The position numbers and the translations under genes are program-made. Positions 17,585 through 26,892 of a stretch of 64,000 nt of DNA are shown here, in pieces. Source of the DNA: an uncultured Candidatus Saccharibacteria bacterium (GTDB lineage Bacteria > Patescibacteriota > Saccharimonadia > Saccharimonadales > Saccharimonadaceae); assembly GCA_963527005.1 (NCBI GenBank), contig CAURPQ010000003.1:12486-76485 (forward strand), written 5' to 3'. The notes beneath the pieces are model-generated. The model ran no database searches and was not told where the DNA came from. It worked only from the letters and a program-made list of their open reading frames with translations. How positions within the stretch are numbered: position 1 is the first letter of the stretch; every line of letters starts with the position of its first letter.

Positions 17585-18070
17585 TTACCACACGATTTCG
17601 CTATGCAGCTGCTGCCATTTCACATGCGCCGCATGCGCTCGAGCTGGTGCGTCAACCTCGCTCTTCTGAAGCAATAATTCCTCAGGATCAATAAACATTA
17701 TTTCATCACCCTCTTCACCTGGTATAAAATCAAAATTCTCCGGCCAGACGCGGCAATAAAAACAGATTTGATTAGCATCAAGCCGCTCAATATACATCTC
17801 GCCCGACGCGTCAAACAGTTGATAGCGCAAATCACCTTTATAGCCAACTTCTTCGTATAATTCACGTTTCAGCGATGATTCAAAATCCTCATCGTAATCC
17901 ATGCCTCCGCCCGGCAAATCCCAATACGTCCGATTGATTTCCTTAACGACCAAAATCTGCCTAGTATCGTTATAAATCAACGCTTTGAGCGAGATGCGAT
18001 ACAAACAATCCAGATGATCCGTGCCATCTAAATTCTGCGTGATGATATGTCCTTTGGTAGTGTTTGACAT
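17585..18070 (-). CDS. NUDIX hydrolase (paralog of 12739-13233)
   Basis: GGGMDYDEDFESSLKRELYEEVG; shared R.S.KA.IYND motif. Confidence 0.9.
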   Translation of the reverse strand: MSNTTKGHIITQNLDGTDHLDCLYRISLKALIYNDTRQILVVKEINRTYWDLPGGGMDYDEDFESSLKRELYEEVGYKGDLRYQLFDASGEMYIERLDANQICFYCRVWPENFDFIPGEEGDEIMFIDPEELLLQKSEVDAPARAHAAHVKWQQLHSEIVW

Positions 18071-18189
18071 GAAAGTCATTATACTACATCTGAACGCCAA
18101 ATGGCTGATACCATTTCGCCTACCGTATATTTTGTCTTTCCAATATCCATGATTAACTACTCATTGGGTGTTAACACATTGGGGATTAT

Positions 18190-18807
18190 CTAATTGTGAT
18201 ACTCTTTTATTTCATGTTCATATTCAGTTAAAAGATTCTTTGAATAAATCTTTTTATTTCTTGAATTTCTAACTTCTTTCCAAAGAATAGCAGCTACTTT
18301 TAATTTGTTCGAATAGTTGCAACTATTTTTATCTGCACAGAAATCCTTTAAAAATTGATTCCATTGACAAACCGAATTATCATACTTGGCATAATCTGAT
18401 TTCCCATAATAAACTTTTAGCATATCTTGAATGGTAAAACTCAAATCATTTTCTCTCTTTACTTTTCTCCAAGCGGTAGCCATATCAGCAGTAAATTTAA
18501 ATGGTGAGATACCCGTTAAAGCAGAAAAATATTCTCTGAATTTTGCGTTAAAAGAAAAACCACATTCAAGTAATGGCGTATCTAAAGTAATATTTTCAAC
18601 TTGCTTTGTTTCATTTTTTATTGATGATTTTTTAATCAGGTTACCCTTAAAGTACTGCTCAATAATGTGATTGAGTTCTTGTTTTGTACCTCTATATTCT
18701 AATCCTAATGATTTGCATATCTGTGAAATTTCTTCACGATACCAATAATATTTATTAAACTCGTCAAACGATGTAATTTTATCAAACTCAGGTCTATTTT
18801 TTGTCAA
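18190..18807 (-). CDS. SAP-domain/DUF6434-like protein, AT-rich, probably horizontally acquired
   Basis: YWYREE...ICKSLGL...GTKQEL; markedly AT-rich; TTG start with SD AAGGAG. Confidence 0.75.
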   Translation of the reverse strand: MTKNRPEFDKITSFDEFNKYYWYREEISQICKSLGLEYRGTKQELNHIIEQYFKGNLIKKSSIKNETKQVENITLDTPLLECGFSFNAKFREYFSALTGISPFKFTADMATAWRKVKRENDLSFTIQDMLKVYYGKSDYAKYDNSVCQWNQFLKDFCADKNSCNYSNKLKVAAILWKEVRNSRNKKIYSKNLLTEYEHEIKEYHN

Positions 18808-18851
18808 TCTTTTATCTCCTTAAACCCAATTTGCTTTTTCATATCTAGTAT

Positions 18852-20195
18852 CTATAGCTCCTCAACATTCACCCGCCGCTGCTCCGTCGTATCCCGCTCG
18901 CGCACGGTGACAGTGCCGTCCTCCAGCGTCTGGAAGTCGATGACCACGCAGTGCGGCGTGCCGATTTCGTCTTGGCGGCGGTAGCGCTTGCCGATGTTGC
19001 CGTTGTCGTCCCACATCACTCGGCCGGGGTTGGCTTTGGCGAGCTGGGCGTAGACTTCGCGGGCTTTCTCTACCAATTCTGGCTTGTTTTTGAGTAGTGG
19101 CGAGACGGCAAATTTGACCGGCGCCAAATGCTCTGGCAACGCCAAATACACCCGCTTTTCACCGTTTTGCTCGTCCTCGCGGTACGCACCCGACAACACC
19201 GCCATCAGCGCCCGCTCGACACCAAACGACGGCTCGATGACGTGCGGAACAAATTTTGTGTTCGTCCCCTTGACGGTGTATTCCATACTCTTGCCACTGA
19301 CCCGCTGGATATTCATTAGGTCAAAATCAGTCCGGTAGGCGATACCCATCAACTCTTCGCGACCAATTGGATAATCGTATTCGATGTCAATCGTCTTTTT
19401 GCTATAGTGCGCCCGATCCTCCGCCGGCACGTCCAGCTCGTGGATATGCTCTGGCTTCAAGCCCAATTCTGCCAAAAACGCATGCGTCGCCGCCAGCAAT
19501 TCATCAAACGCCTCCTGCCAATGCTCGGGATCGACGAAATACTCAATCTCCATCTGCTCAAACTCGCGGCTGCGGAAGACGAAATCGCGCGGCGCAATTT
19601 CATTACGAAACGCCTTGCCCTGCTGAGCGATACCAAACGGCAGGTTTGGGTAGAAACTATCAACGACGTTTTTGAAATTAGTGAAGATACCTTGGGCGGT
19701 TTCGGGGCGGAGGTAAGAAATACTATCATCACTCTCAGTCGCGCCAACGTGCGTCTTGAACATCATGTTGAAGGTGCGCGATTTGCTGAGTGGATTGCCA
19801 TCCGGGCTGGTGATGCCTTTTTCCGCAATCGCCGCGTCCATCTCCGCCATCGTCATGCCGTCCGCATCAATGCCATTGTCCTTGAGAATATGATCAGTAC
19901 GATAGCGACGATGATTGACCGTATCTTCGCACAGCGGATCGACAAACGTATCCACATGCCCGCTCGCCTGCCACACCTTCTGATTCATCAAAATCGCCGC
20001 GTCGACGCCGTACATATCATCGCGCTCATCAACAAACATTCGCCACCACAGCTGCATGATGTTGCGCTTCAGCTGCACGCCCAGCGGACCATAATCCCAA
20101 GTTCCAGAAAGGCCGCCATAGACATCCGACCCTTGATAAATAAAGCCGCGGCGCTTACACAGGCTAATAATTGCTTCCATTTTTGCTTGACTCAT
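18852..20195 (-). CDS. glyQS: Glycine--tRNA ligase (alpha2 type)
   Basis: KRRGF, YLRPETAQGIF, FRNEI.PR.F.FR.REFEQMEIE, IGKRYRRQDEIGTP. Confidence 0.97.
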   Translation of the reverse strand: MSQAKMEAIISLCKRRGFIYQGSDVYGGLSGTWDYGPLGVQLKRNIMQLWWRMFVDERDDMYGVDAAILMNQKVWQASGHVDTFVDPLCEDTVNHRRYRTDHILKDNGIDADGMTMAEMDAAIAEKGITSPDGNPLSKSRTFNMMFKTHVGATESDDSISYLRPETAQGIFTNFKNVVDSFYPNLPFGIAQQGKAFRNEIAPRDFVFRSREFEQMEIEYFVDPEHWQEAFDELLAATHAFLAELGLKPEHIHELDVPAEDRAHYSKKTIDIEYDYPIGREELMGIAYRTDFDLMNIQRVSGKSMEYTVKGTNTKFVPHVIEPSFGVERALMAVLSGAYREDEQNGEKRVYLALPEHLAPVKFAVSPLLKNKPELVEKAREVYAQLAKANPGRVMWDDNGNIGKRYRRQDEIGTPHCVVIDFQTLEDGTVTVRERDTTEQRRVNVEEL

Positions 20196-20271
20196 CGCAC
20201 AACCTTTCTCCATGTTGGCAACATGGCGATTCATAATTATTACTTAGAGTATACCATTTTTATGGGTAATT

Positions 20272-20949
20272 TTATACCGCCGCGTGCTGCCGCGCTGTCA
20301 GCCAGCAATCATTGATCACCTCAGTTATCCCACCAATTTGCGCCACATTCGCTAGCGGTTTTGCCTGGATGAGCCGAAGCAGCTTAACGGCGTCTGCCGA
20401 CAAATCACCCTGCTCCGCCAGCCGCAGTCCCTTTTCCGCGCTATCGTACATATATTTTTTATCGGGCGACAACGCCTGAGCCGCCACATCGGTACGCAGA
20501 TTCAGCTCATCGCCTAGCAGACTAGCATATTGCACATAAAACCACGTTTCAATCAGCTTTTGGTTAACTACCGGATTATTTAATTGCTCTAATACCTGGC
20601 TTAGCACAAAATACCATTCCGGCTCGTCGATATTTTCGCTCGCCGTTGACACCAGCTTCATCGCCGCATAAGCGAATTGCATCCGCTCATAATCCTCCAA
20701 TATATGCCGATAAAACGCCGCCAGCCGCGCCGAGGTCAACAATCCCAAATCGCCGCGTCCGGAACGAATCACCACGTCGCAAATCGCCAATAATTCAATA
20801 CCGCCCGCTAATTTCGACCGCTCGCGCCGCACACCCTTAGCGATAACGCTGCGCCGGCCTTTCGGCGTCAGTAGTTGCAGCACCCGATCCGCCTCGGCGT
20901 AATTCGTCCGCCTCAGTACAATCGCTTTTAACCGCTCACTTTGCCCCAT
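20272..20949 (-). CDS. recO: DNA repair protein RecO
   Basis: AIVLRR..Y.EADR...LLT..G....AKGVRR..SKL. Confidence 0.92.
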   Translation of the reverse strand: MGQSERLKAIVLRRTNYAEADRVLQLLTPKGRRSVIAKGVRRERSKLAGGIELLAICDVVIRSGRGDLGLLTSARLAAFYRHILEDYERMQFAYAAMKLVSTASENIDEPEWYFVLSQVLEQLNNPVVNQKLIETWFYVQYASLLGDELNLRTDVAAQALSPDKKYMYDSAEKGLRLAEQGDLSADAVKLLRLIQAKPLANVAQIGGITEVINDCWLTARQHAAV

Positions 20950-21304
20950 CCAAAACCTCGCTAAAAATTGCCCGCACTTCATCCGGACGCATTGACGCCT
21001 TATCCAGCAGCGCTCTCACGCCAAACGGCCGCAAATCCGCCAAATTAACACCCGCATTGCTGCAAACCATGATCGGTAATCTCGCCAAATCCGCATGCGA
21101 CCTCAGTTCATTCAGTAGCGCCACCGCCGTTTCGCCCGCCAGCAGCATATCTAAAACAATCGCGTCCGGCTGCCAATTGTCAATCATTTCCATCGCCTGG
21201 CCGCCAGAAACTACCGCCCGCGCTTCCGCGCCAACCGCCGCTGCATATCTGCATAAAATATCCGCCCAATTTTTATCATCCTCAACGATCAGCAACTTTT
21301 TCAT
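20936..21304 (-). CDS. Stand-alone response regulator receiver protein
   Basis: LLIVEDD, PDAIVLDM; no output domain. Confidence 0.88.
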   Translation of the reverse strand: MKKLLIVEDDKNWADILCRYAAAVGAEARAVVSGGQAMEMIDNWQPDAIVLDMLLAGETAVALLNELRSHADLARLPIMVCSNAGVNLADLRPFGVRALLDKASMRPDEVRAIFSEVLDGAK

Positions 21305-22017
21305 AGCAAGCTCAGCTGCCGACTAATCGGCATTTCCACATAAAATGTCAGTCCGTCCCGATGCCTGATTAGCCCAATTTGGCCATTCATCGCCCGGGCA
21401 AATTGGCTAGCCACATAAATCCCCAAGCCGCTGCTTTCCGGCCGCGTCCGCACCGTTTTTCGCGCATCCATCTCATCAAGCAGCCGCCGATACTCTTTCA
21501 AGCCCATCATCGGCCCAAAATCACGCACACCTAACCTCACTGCGTCACCAGCAGCCTTAACTGACACTTTTATCTCTGAGCCGTCCTCAGTATATTTCAA
21601 AGCATTATTTAAGAAATTTGCTAAAATCCGCCCCAATAACGTCCGATTTGCCAATATCAACCGGTTATTCCGCCCACCCCGAGGCCAGCTAATTTTTCGC
21701 CCGTACAGCGCTGCGTTAAGTCTCGTTTCCGCAGCTATTTGCTGGCATAGCGCCAAGGGATTAACTGGTTCCAGTGGAAATAATGACGGCGTCAAATTTG
21801 CCGAATTCGCCAGATCAACTGTCAATTGCAACGCTTGCTCGGATGTCTGAATAATCCGCTGCTGGATCTGTTTTTTATCAGCTGCGCTTGTCAAATCATC
21901 GTCCAGCAGTAACGCCATCTGCCGAATTAAAGCCAGCGGCGTTTTTAACTCGTGCGCCGCCACCAAGACACTCGGCAGCCCTCCAAAATCAGCATCGCTC
22001 CACTCTTTACCCGCCAT
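21301..22017 (-). CDS. Cytoplasmic histidine kinase without a sensor domain
   Basis: AHELKTPL H-box; NFLNNALKY N-box; DFGP and SGLGIY. Confidence 0.9.
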   Translation of the reverse strand: MAGKEWSDADFGGLPSVLVAAHELKTPLALIRQMALLLDDDLTSAADKKQIQQRIIQTSEQALQLTVDLANSANLTPSLFPLEPVNPLALCQQIAAETRLNAALYGRKISWPRGGRNNRLILANRTLLGRILANFLNNALKYTEDGSEIKVSVKAAGDAVRLGVRDFGPMMGLKEYRRLLDEMDARKTVRTRPESSGLGIYVASQFARAMNGQIGLIRHRDGLTFYVEMPISRQLSLL

Positions 22018-22053
22018 ACATTTCTAGTATAGCAAACTCAAACCAGATTTGCC

Positions 22054-22713
22054 CTAATCAGCGATCTTAATAGTACCTAAGATAGTCTCGAAATCAGGCT
22101 TAAATGTATCAGCGTCGGTCGAGCAGCGAATAGTTTTGTCGCGCACCTTCATGAAGACCGCCGAACCGCGCAAATCCTTCTCGAACGCTCCGTCAATTCT
22201 GGTAGCAGCAATACCATTAAACTCGGTGCTGCTGGCAGTCAACTCGCCCTTCTTAATCTTATTCTGGTACGGTTTTAAGACCGTATCCATATTCTGATTA
22301 ATTATCTCTAATCTAAACGCAAACCGGCTATCTTTGTTTGACAAAGAAGGTACAGACACCGGATGCAAATACGCCTTATAGTCGCCTCGGTCGCCGCCGT
22401 CTTTATCGACATAAACGCTCCAAGTTTTTGGATACATAAACGACACGCGGCCGTATTCATTCGGGCTGACAAACTCAATTCGCGGATTCTTCGCTTCCTC
22501 GGAGAATTTCTTCTGATCAATTTCCGCCTGCTCGCCCTTACCCCTGGCTACCTCGACAGCAATTTTACTGTCAACATTATTTTTTTCCTGCGTATAGGAC
22601 ATAAACATCCAAATTGCCAGCGACCCGGCGATCAAAAACAGTACCAAACAACCAATCGTACCAATCATCCAGCCGTTAACCGACCCCTGTTCTTTTCTAT
22701 TTCTCATATTCAT
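22054..22713 (-). CDS. Single-pass membrane protein with extracellular domain (possibly PsbP-like)
   Basis: N-terminal TM; F.YPKTW motif. Confidence 0.7.
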   Translation of the reverse strand: MNMRNRKEQGSVNGWMIGTIGCLVLFLIAGSLAIWMFMSYTQEKNNVDSKIAVEVARGKGEQAEIDQKKFSEEAKNPRIEFVSPNEYGRVSFMYPKTWSVYVDKDGGDRGDYKAYLHPVSVPSLSNKDSRFAFRLEIINQNMDTVLKPYQNKIKKGELTASSTEFNGIAATRIDGAFEKDLRGSAVFMKVRDKTIRCSTDADTFKPDFETILGTIKIAD

Positions 22714-22757
22714 ATCCTAAAGTATAGCTTATGCTTCAGGCGATGTAAAGCCCCTAT

Positions 22758-22976
22758 TTACGCGCTAAAATCCTCGCTGAGCACTGTAATGTCGTGCTGC
22801 ATATCGTCCAGCGCCGCCGTGATGTCCTTCGCCAGCTGCCGCGCCTCAGTAAACCGCTGCTTGGCCTCATCCAGATTAAAGTCATCGCCCTGAAACCACG
22901 CAATTCTCTCGTTCAGCTCCGCCATCATCTGCTCAATCGTTTTTTCGTTTGTCTTATCGTTTTTCACTACTCTCAA
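22758..22976 (-). CDS. xseB: Exodeoxyribonuclease VII small subunit
   Basis: Short coiled-coil ORF downstream of xseA; start uncertain. Confidence 0.8.
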   Translation of the reverse strand: MRVVKNDKTNEKTIEQMMAELNERIAWFQGDDFNLDEAKQRFTEARQLAKDITAALDDMQHDITVLSEDFSA

Positions 22977-24045
22977 TCCTCGCTTTCATAATCATATCTT
23001 TTGTTGTAATCGTTACAATACTCCCAATCTGACGATCGCCGCTGATCATCGCATAACCGCGCCGCAGCGCCATCTCCGGATCGTATTCAGCGATAATCCG
23101 TTGTTGCGACAATATCACATTTTTAGCAATCTCGACGCGGTGCGACCACTGTTCGAGTGCCGCTTGTTGCAACATTGTTACGTGAAGGCGCCGCTCCGTA
23201 ATCTGCTGCTGAATCACCTCTGATATGCTACCCAACCGCAACGCTAGCTGCCGCCCCACGTCGTGTTTATCCGGAAATAATAGCTGCGCAGCATTACTCG
23301 GCGTGACCGCCCGTCGATCAGCTGCCAGATCGCACAAGCTTTCGTCAACCTCGTGCCCGATACCAGTCAGCACTGGCACGCGGCTACCAGCCACCGCTCG
23401 CACCAGGCATTCGTCATTAAAACTCGCGAGGTCCTCCGCGCTACCGCCGCCGCGAATCAGCACGATCACCTCTGGCGGCTCCGCCAGCTGGTTACAGTGG
23501 GCAATCGCCCGCACCGCCTGATCGGCTGCGCCGTCGCCCTGAACCTTAACATTAGCCACGATAAACTGCACCCCGCCCCAGCGCTCACCAGCAATTTTCA
23601 TAAAATCTGCGTAGCCCGCCGCCTGAGTGCTGGAAATAACCGCCACGCGAGCAGGATATGGCGGCAAGGGGCGCTTCCGTTCCGCATCAAACAGCCCTTC
23701 GGCCGACAGCCGCTGCCACAAAATGTCAAAACTCCGCTTTAGGCTCCCCTTGCCCAGCGGATGAATTTCCTGAACTTGTAAATTAAACCTGCCATCGCTT
23801 CTCAGACTCGGCATCGCTCGAACTACCACTTTCATCCCGTCCTCGATCGGCGTCCGCAAATTGCTAAAACCCACGAAACAATTGACCGATCCGTCCTCAT
23901 CCTTCAGAGTAAAAAACGCGTATTTTGGCGGATACGGCTTAAAGCTAGCGACTTCACCCTCGACTTCAACCGCGCCATTAAAAGCCACCTCAAACGTCTG
24001 GTTAACCACCGCCAGGAAGTTGCTGACACTAAACCTGGGAGTCAT
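22954..24045 (-). CDS. xseA: Exodeoxyribonuclease VII large subunit
   Basis: VEGEV, LIRGGGS.EDL..FN, TGIGHEVD..L.D..AD.RA.TPS. Confidence 0.95.
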   Translation of the reverse strand: MTPRFSVSNFLAVVNQTFEVAFNGAVEVEGEVASFKPYPPKYAFFTLKDEDGSVNCFVGFSNLRTPIEDGMKVVVRAMPSLRSDGRFNLQVQEIHPLGKGSLKRSFDILWQRLSAEGLFDAERKRPLPPYPARVAVISSTQAAGYADFMKIAGERWGGVQFIVANVKVQGDGAADQAVRAIAHCNQLAEPPEVIVLIRGGGSAEDLASFNDECLVRAVAGSRVPVLTGIGHEVDESLCDLAADRRAVTPSNAAQLLFPDKHDVGRQLALRLGSISEVIQQQITERRLHVTMLQQAALEQWSHRVEIAKNVILSQQRIIAEYDPEMALRRGYAMISGDRQIGSIVTITTKDMIMKARIESSEKR

Positions 24046-25096
24046 TCGGCTTGCCGTACTTAATCAATGCGTGCTGGTAAAAAATATAGCCAAAGACAAT
24101 TGTGCCAGTCAGTAAAATCGCCCTCGTTAAAATAATTCCGGCAATCGCTAATTCCGGCGAAGTATTTGCCATACTTAAAAACAGAATCATGATCGTTTCG
24201 TAAACGCCAGCGCCGCCCGGCGTAAATGCCACAATACCCGCCAGCCCGGCAACACCGTAACCGATCATCAAAGTCGCCGGATTGACAAAAACTCCCAGCG
24301 CCAGAAACACGACAACAAACATCAATACGTCAAAAATATTGTAGACAAAGCCCCAGATCATCGGCTTGACAAGCAGCTTGGGATGATTAGCTATATCCTG
24401 AAAATCGCCTTGCATATCGACGAAAAAGTCCTCGATAACCTTAGCGCTTAGCGCTCGTTTCCGCTTGCCCAAGGTCGCTACCTTCACCGCGCCGTTAATA
24501 AGCCGCGCTACCCGTGCCGCTGTTAACTGCATGCGCCGCCTTGACGAAAACATAAATACTAAACCAAACACTAATGCCAGGACGCAAATTATTAACAAAA
24601 AACTAGCCGCCACAATGTAACGGTTAACCCGGCCGTCAATCGCCAGCACAATCACCGCTATAACTAGCAAAATCAACAGCGACAAAAAAGTCGTCACATA
24701 GCGAATCACCTGCGCAAACGTCGAGCGCGCCGAACTGACGCCAAGTTTATGCATCCGCCAAGACGTATAAGAAATACCGCTGACGCCGCCTGACGGAAAA
24801 ATATGATTAACCAAGTTCAGTTCCAGTGCAATCCGCGTCTGCTCAAGCCGCGAAATATGCCCAATTAGCTTTTTATCGCGAAGATAGACAAAAATCATCT
24901 CGCCGCCCGCGAAATAAACAATAATTTGAAACGGAATAAGCAGCAATAACAGCAACGTATCAGCCTTCAAAAACAAACCCCACGCCTTAACCAGCTCAGC
25001 GCGCGACAAAAATATAATAATTGCCAAAACCAACAGCGTCAAAATACTCATCAGCATCCGCGGCGATTTTAACGACCTAAAAACTCTCGGTAACAT
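24029..25096 (-). CDS. Lysylphosphatidylglycerol synthase TM-domain/flippase-like protein
   Basis: Multiple TMs; TPGGAGVYE motif; start after TGGTATAAT. Confidence 0.85.
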   Translation of the reverse strand: MLPRVFRSLKSPRMLMSILTLLVLAIIIFLSRAELVKAWGLFLKADTLLLLLLIPFQIIVYFAGGEMIFVYLRDKKLIGHISRLEQTRIALELNLVNHIFPSGGVSGISYTSWRMHKLGVSSARSTFAQVIRYVTTFLSLLILLVIAVIVLAIDGRVNRYIVAASFLLIICVLALVFGLVFMFSSRRRMQLTAARVARLINGAVKVATLGKRKRALSAKVIEDFFVDMQGDFQDIANHPKLLVKPMIWGFVYNIFDVLMFVVVFLALGVFVNPATLMIGYGVAGLAGIVAFTPGGAGVYETIMILFLSMANTSPELAIAGIILTRAILLTGTIVFGYIFYQHALIKYGKPNDSQV

Positions 25097-25142
25097 CCAT
25101 ATCATTATACCATGCCCAGATACAGATGATATAATAATCGGT

Positions 25143-26480
25143 ATGTATATCGCCCTGCTTGGCCGCCAGCCAGAGATCTCGCTCGCCGAACTTGCGGCGG
25201 TCTTTGGCGCGGACTGCGTCAACCGTATCAGCCAGCAATTTGCCAAAGTTCAAACATCTCAATTCGATATTACTACCTTGGGCGGCACCATCAAATGCGC
25301 CGAAATGATCACCGAGCTTCCAGCCAGCCGTACCGACAAGGCCTCGCTCCTCGCTGCCTCGCGCTTCATCACCCAGCATTATCAAGCCAAGTGGGCACAC
25401 TCGCCGCATAAAATCACCCTCGGTCTCAGCGCCTATAACCTGGCTGTTGGCGCCCGCGATGTCCAAAAAACCGGCCTCATCCTCAAATCATCCCTCAAAA
25501 AATCTGGCACCAGCCTCCGCTTCATCCCCAACGATCAGCCCGCCCTCTCCACTGCCACCGCACACAATAACAAGCTCGGTGGTCCGCCGCATAAAGTCGA
25601 GTTGCTACTCGTCAAAACGACCGACCGCCGCCTGATCATCGCCGAGAGCCGCGGCGTCCAAAACATCACCGCCTATACCCGCCGCGACCGCCATCGTCCC
25701 AAGCGCGACGCCTTCGTTGGCATGCTGCCGCCTAAACTGGCGCAGATTATGCTAAATTTGGCGCTGGGTGCTGGATTGCTGACCCGTCAAAGACCACACG
25801 ACAATTCTGTGACAAGCTCGGATTCCAGCCTCTCCGATAAGTCGATGGTTCTGCGGACGGCGTTGCCGGATGCATTCGACTTGGAGGAGACGGCTGGAAG
25901 CCGAGCTGCCGTGACAATCCTCGACCCGTTCTGCGGCACCGGCACTGTCCTGCAAGAAGCGCTGCTCGCTGGTTACGACGTCGTCGGCACCGACCTCAGC
26001 CAGAAAATGGTTGATTACACCACCGAGAACCTATCGTGGCTGCAATCAACGTTCACCGCGCCCAGCCGTCCTGTCGGCCGCGTTATCGACATTCATCAAG
26101 CCGACGCCACCACACACCACTGGCCAAACAGCAAACACCTCACTGCCGTCGTCTGCGAGACCTACCTTGGCCAGCCCTTTTCCGCGCCGCCCGCGCCTCA
26201 AAAACTAGCAGAAGTTGCCGGCAACTGTAATCACATTATCACCGGCTTCCTCACTAATATCCGTCCGCAGCTGGCGCCAAACACGCCGCTATGTATCGCC
26301 GTGCCAGCGTGGTACGACGCGTCCAGCCGGGCCACTCATTTACCGCTAATAAAAAACCTCCAAAGGCTCGGCTATTACCAGCTCAACCGCACACCGCTCA
26401 TCTATCGCCGCCCCGACCAAACCGTCGCCCGCGAACTGCTAGTCCTAAAACCAATTGACAAAACCGCGCCTCAAGCTTGA
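25143..26480 (+). CDS. Trm11/TrmG10-like SAM-dependent RNA methyltransferase
   Basis: GMLPPKLAQIMLNL, ILDPFCGTGTVLQEA, ETYLG. Confidence 0.85.
   Translation: MYIALLGRQPEISLAELAAVFGADCVNRISQQFAKVQTSQFDITTLGGTIKCAEMITELPASRTDKASLLAASRFITQHYQAKWAHSPHKITLGLSAYNLAVGARDVQKTGLILKSSLKKSGTSLRFIPNDQPALSTATAHNNKLGGPPHKVELLLVKTTDRRLIIAESRGVQNITAYTRRDRHRPKRDAFVGMLPPKLAQIMLNLALGAGLLTRQRPHDNSVTSSDSSLSDKSMVLRTALPDAFDLEETAGSRAAVTILDPFCGTGTVLQEALLAGYDVVGTDLSQKMVDYTTENLSWLQSTFTAPSRPVGRVIDIHQADATTHHWPNSKHLTAVVCETYLGQPFSAPPAPQKLAEVAGNCNHIITGFLTNIRPQLAPNTPLCIAVPAWYDASSRATHLPLIKNLQRLGYYQLNRTPLIYRRPDQTVARELLVLKPIDKTAPQA
25809..25917. repeat. In-frame palindromic element with 7-bp direct repeats inside the methyltransferase gene
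   Basis: Imperfect inverted arms at 25815-25847 and 25873-25907; GTGACAA at 25809 and 25911 (102 bp apart). Confidence 0.75.
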
Positions 26481-26543
26481 CAACTTAAGCCAAATTCGCT
26501 ACACTGGTACAGATTGTTTATAAAAACTATTTAAGGAGTTGCT

Positions 26544-26816
26544 ATGTCAAAAGTTAAGGCTGGCGGTTCAGCCAGAAACACAAGGGACAGTGTTGGTCAG
26601 AGACTCGGCGTCAAGTGTTTTGGCGGTCAGAAAGTCAACGCTGGCCAGGTGTTAGTACGCCAAACAGGCGCAACTAAAATCGCTGGTAACGGCACGTATG
26701 TCAGTAAAAATTACACTATCCACGCTGCGAAGGCCGGTACAGTTAGCTTTAAGAAAGTCAAGAAAACCCGGTTCACTGGCAAAACTCAGCGGCGAACTCA
26801 GGTTTGCGTAGACTAG
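26544..26816 (+). CDS. rpmA: 50S ribosomal protein L27
   Basis: KAGGS.RN.RDS.GQRLGVK.FGGQ; promoter TTGACA-N17-TACACT; SD AAGGAG. Confidence 0.97.
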   Translation: MSKVKAGGSARNTRDSVGQRLGVKCFGGQKVNAGQVLVRQTGATKIAGNGTYVSKNYTIHAAKAGTVSFKKVKKTRFTGKTQRRTQVCVD

Positions 26817-26836
26817 AAAACCATAAGGAATGATGG

Positions 26837-26870
26837 ACGACCGGACGCGCAGTTCGGTCGTTTGTTATTT
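26837..26870 (+). terminator. Intrinsic terminator after rpmA
   Basis: ACGACCGGAC-gcgca-GTTCGGTCGT followed by a T-rich tail. Confidence 0.65.
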
Positions 26871-26892
26871 CACTCACTGAATTTTAATCTCT

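Noticed and set aside
20196..20250. T-box riboswitch upstream of glyQS
   Set aside because: The leader is too short; only a small CCATGTT/AACATGG hairpin and no T-box consensus
19407..20315. 302-aa plus-strand ORF
   Set aside because: Antisense shadow of glyQS with no motifs; the same applies to the many other antisense ORFs over core genes
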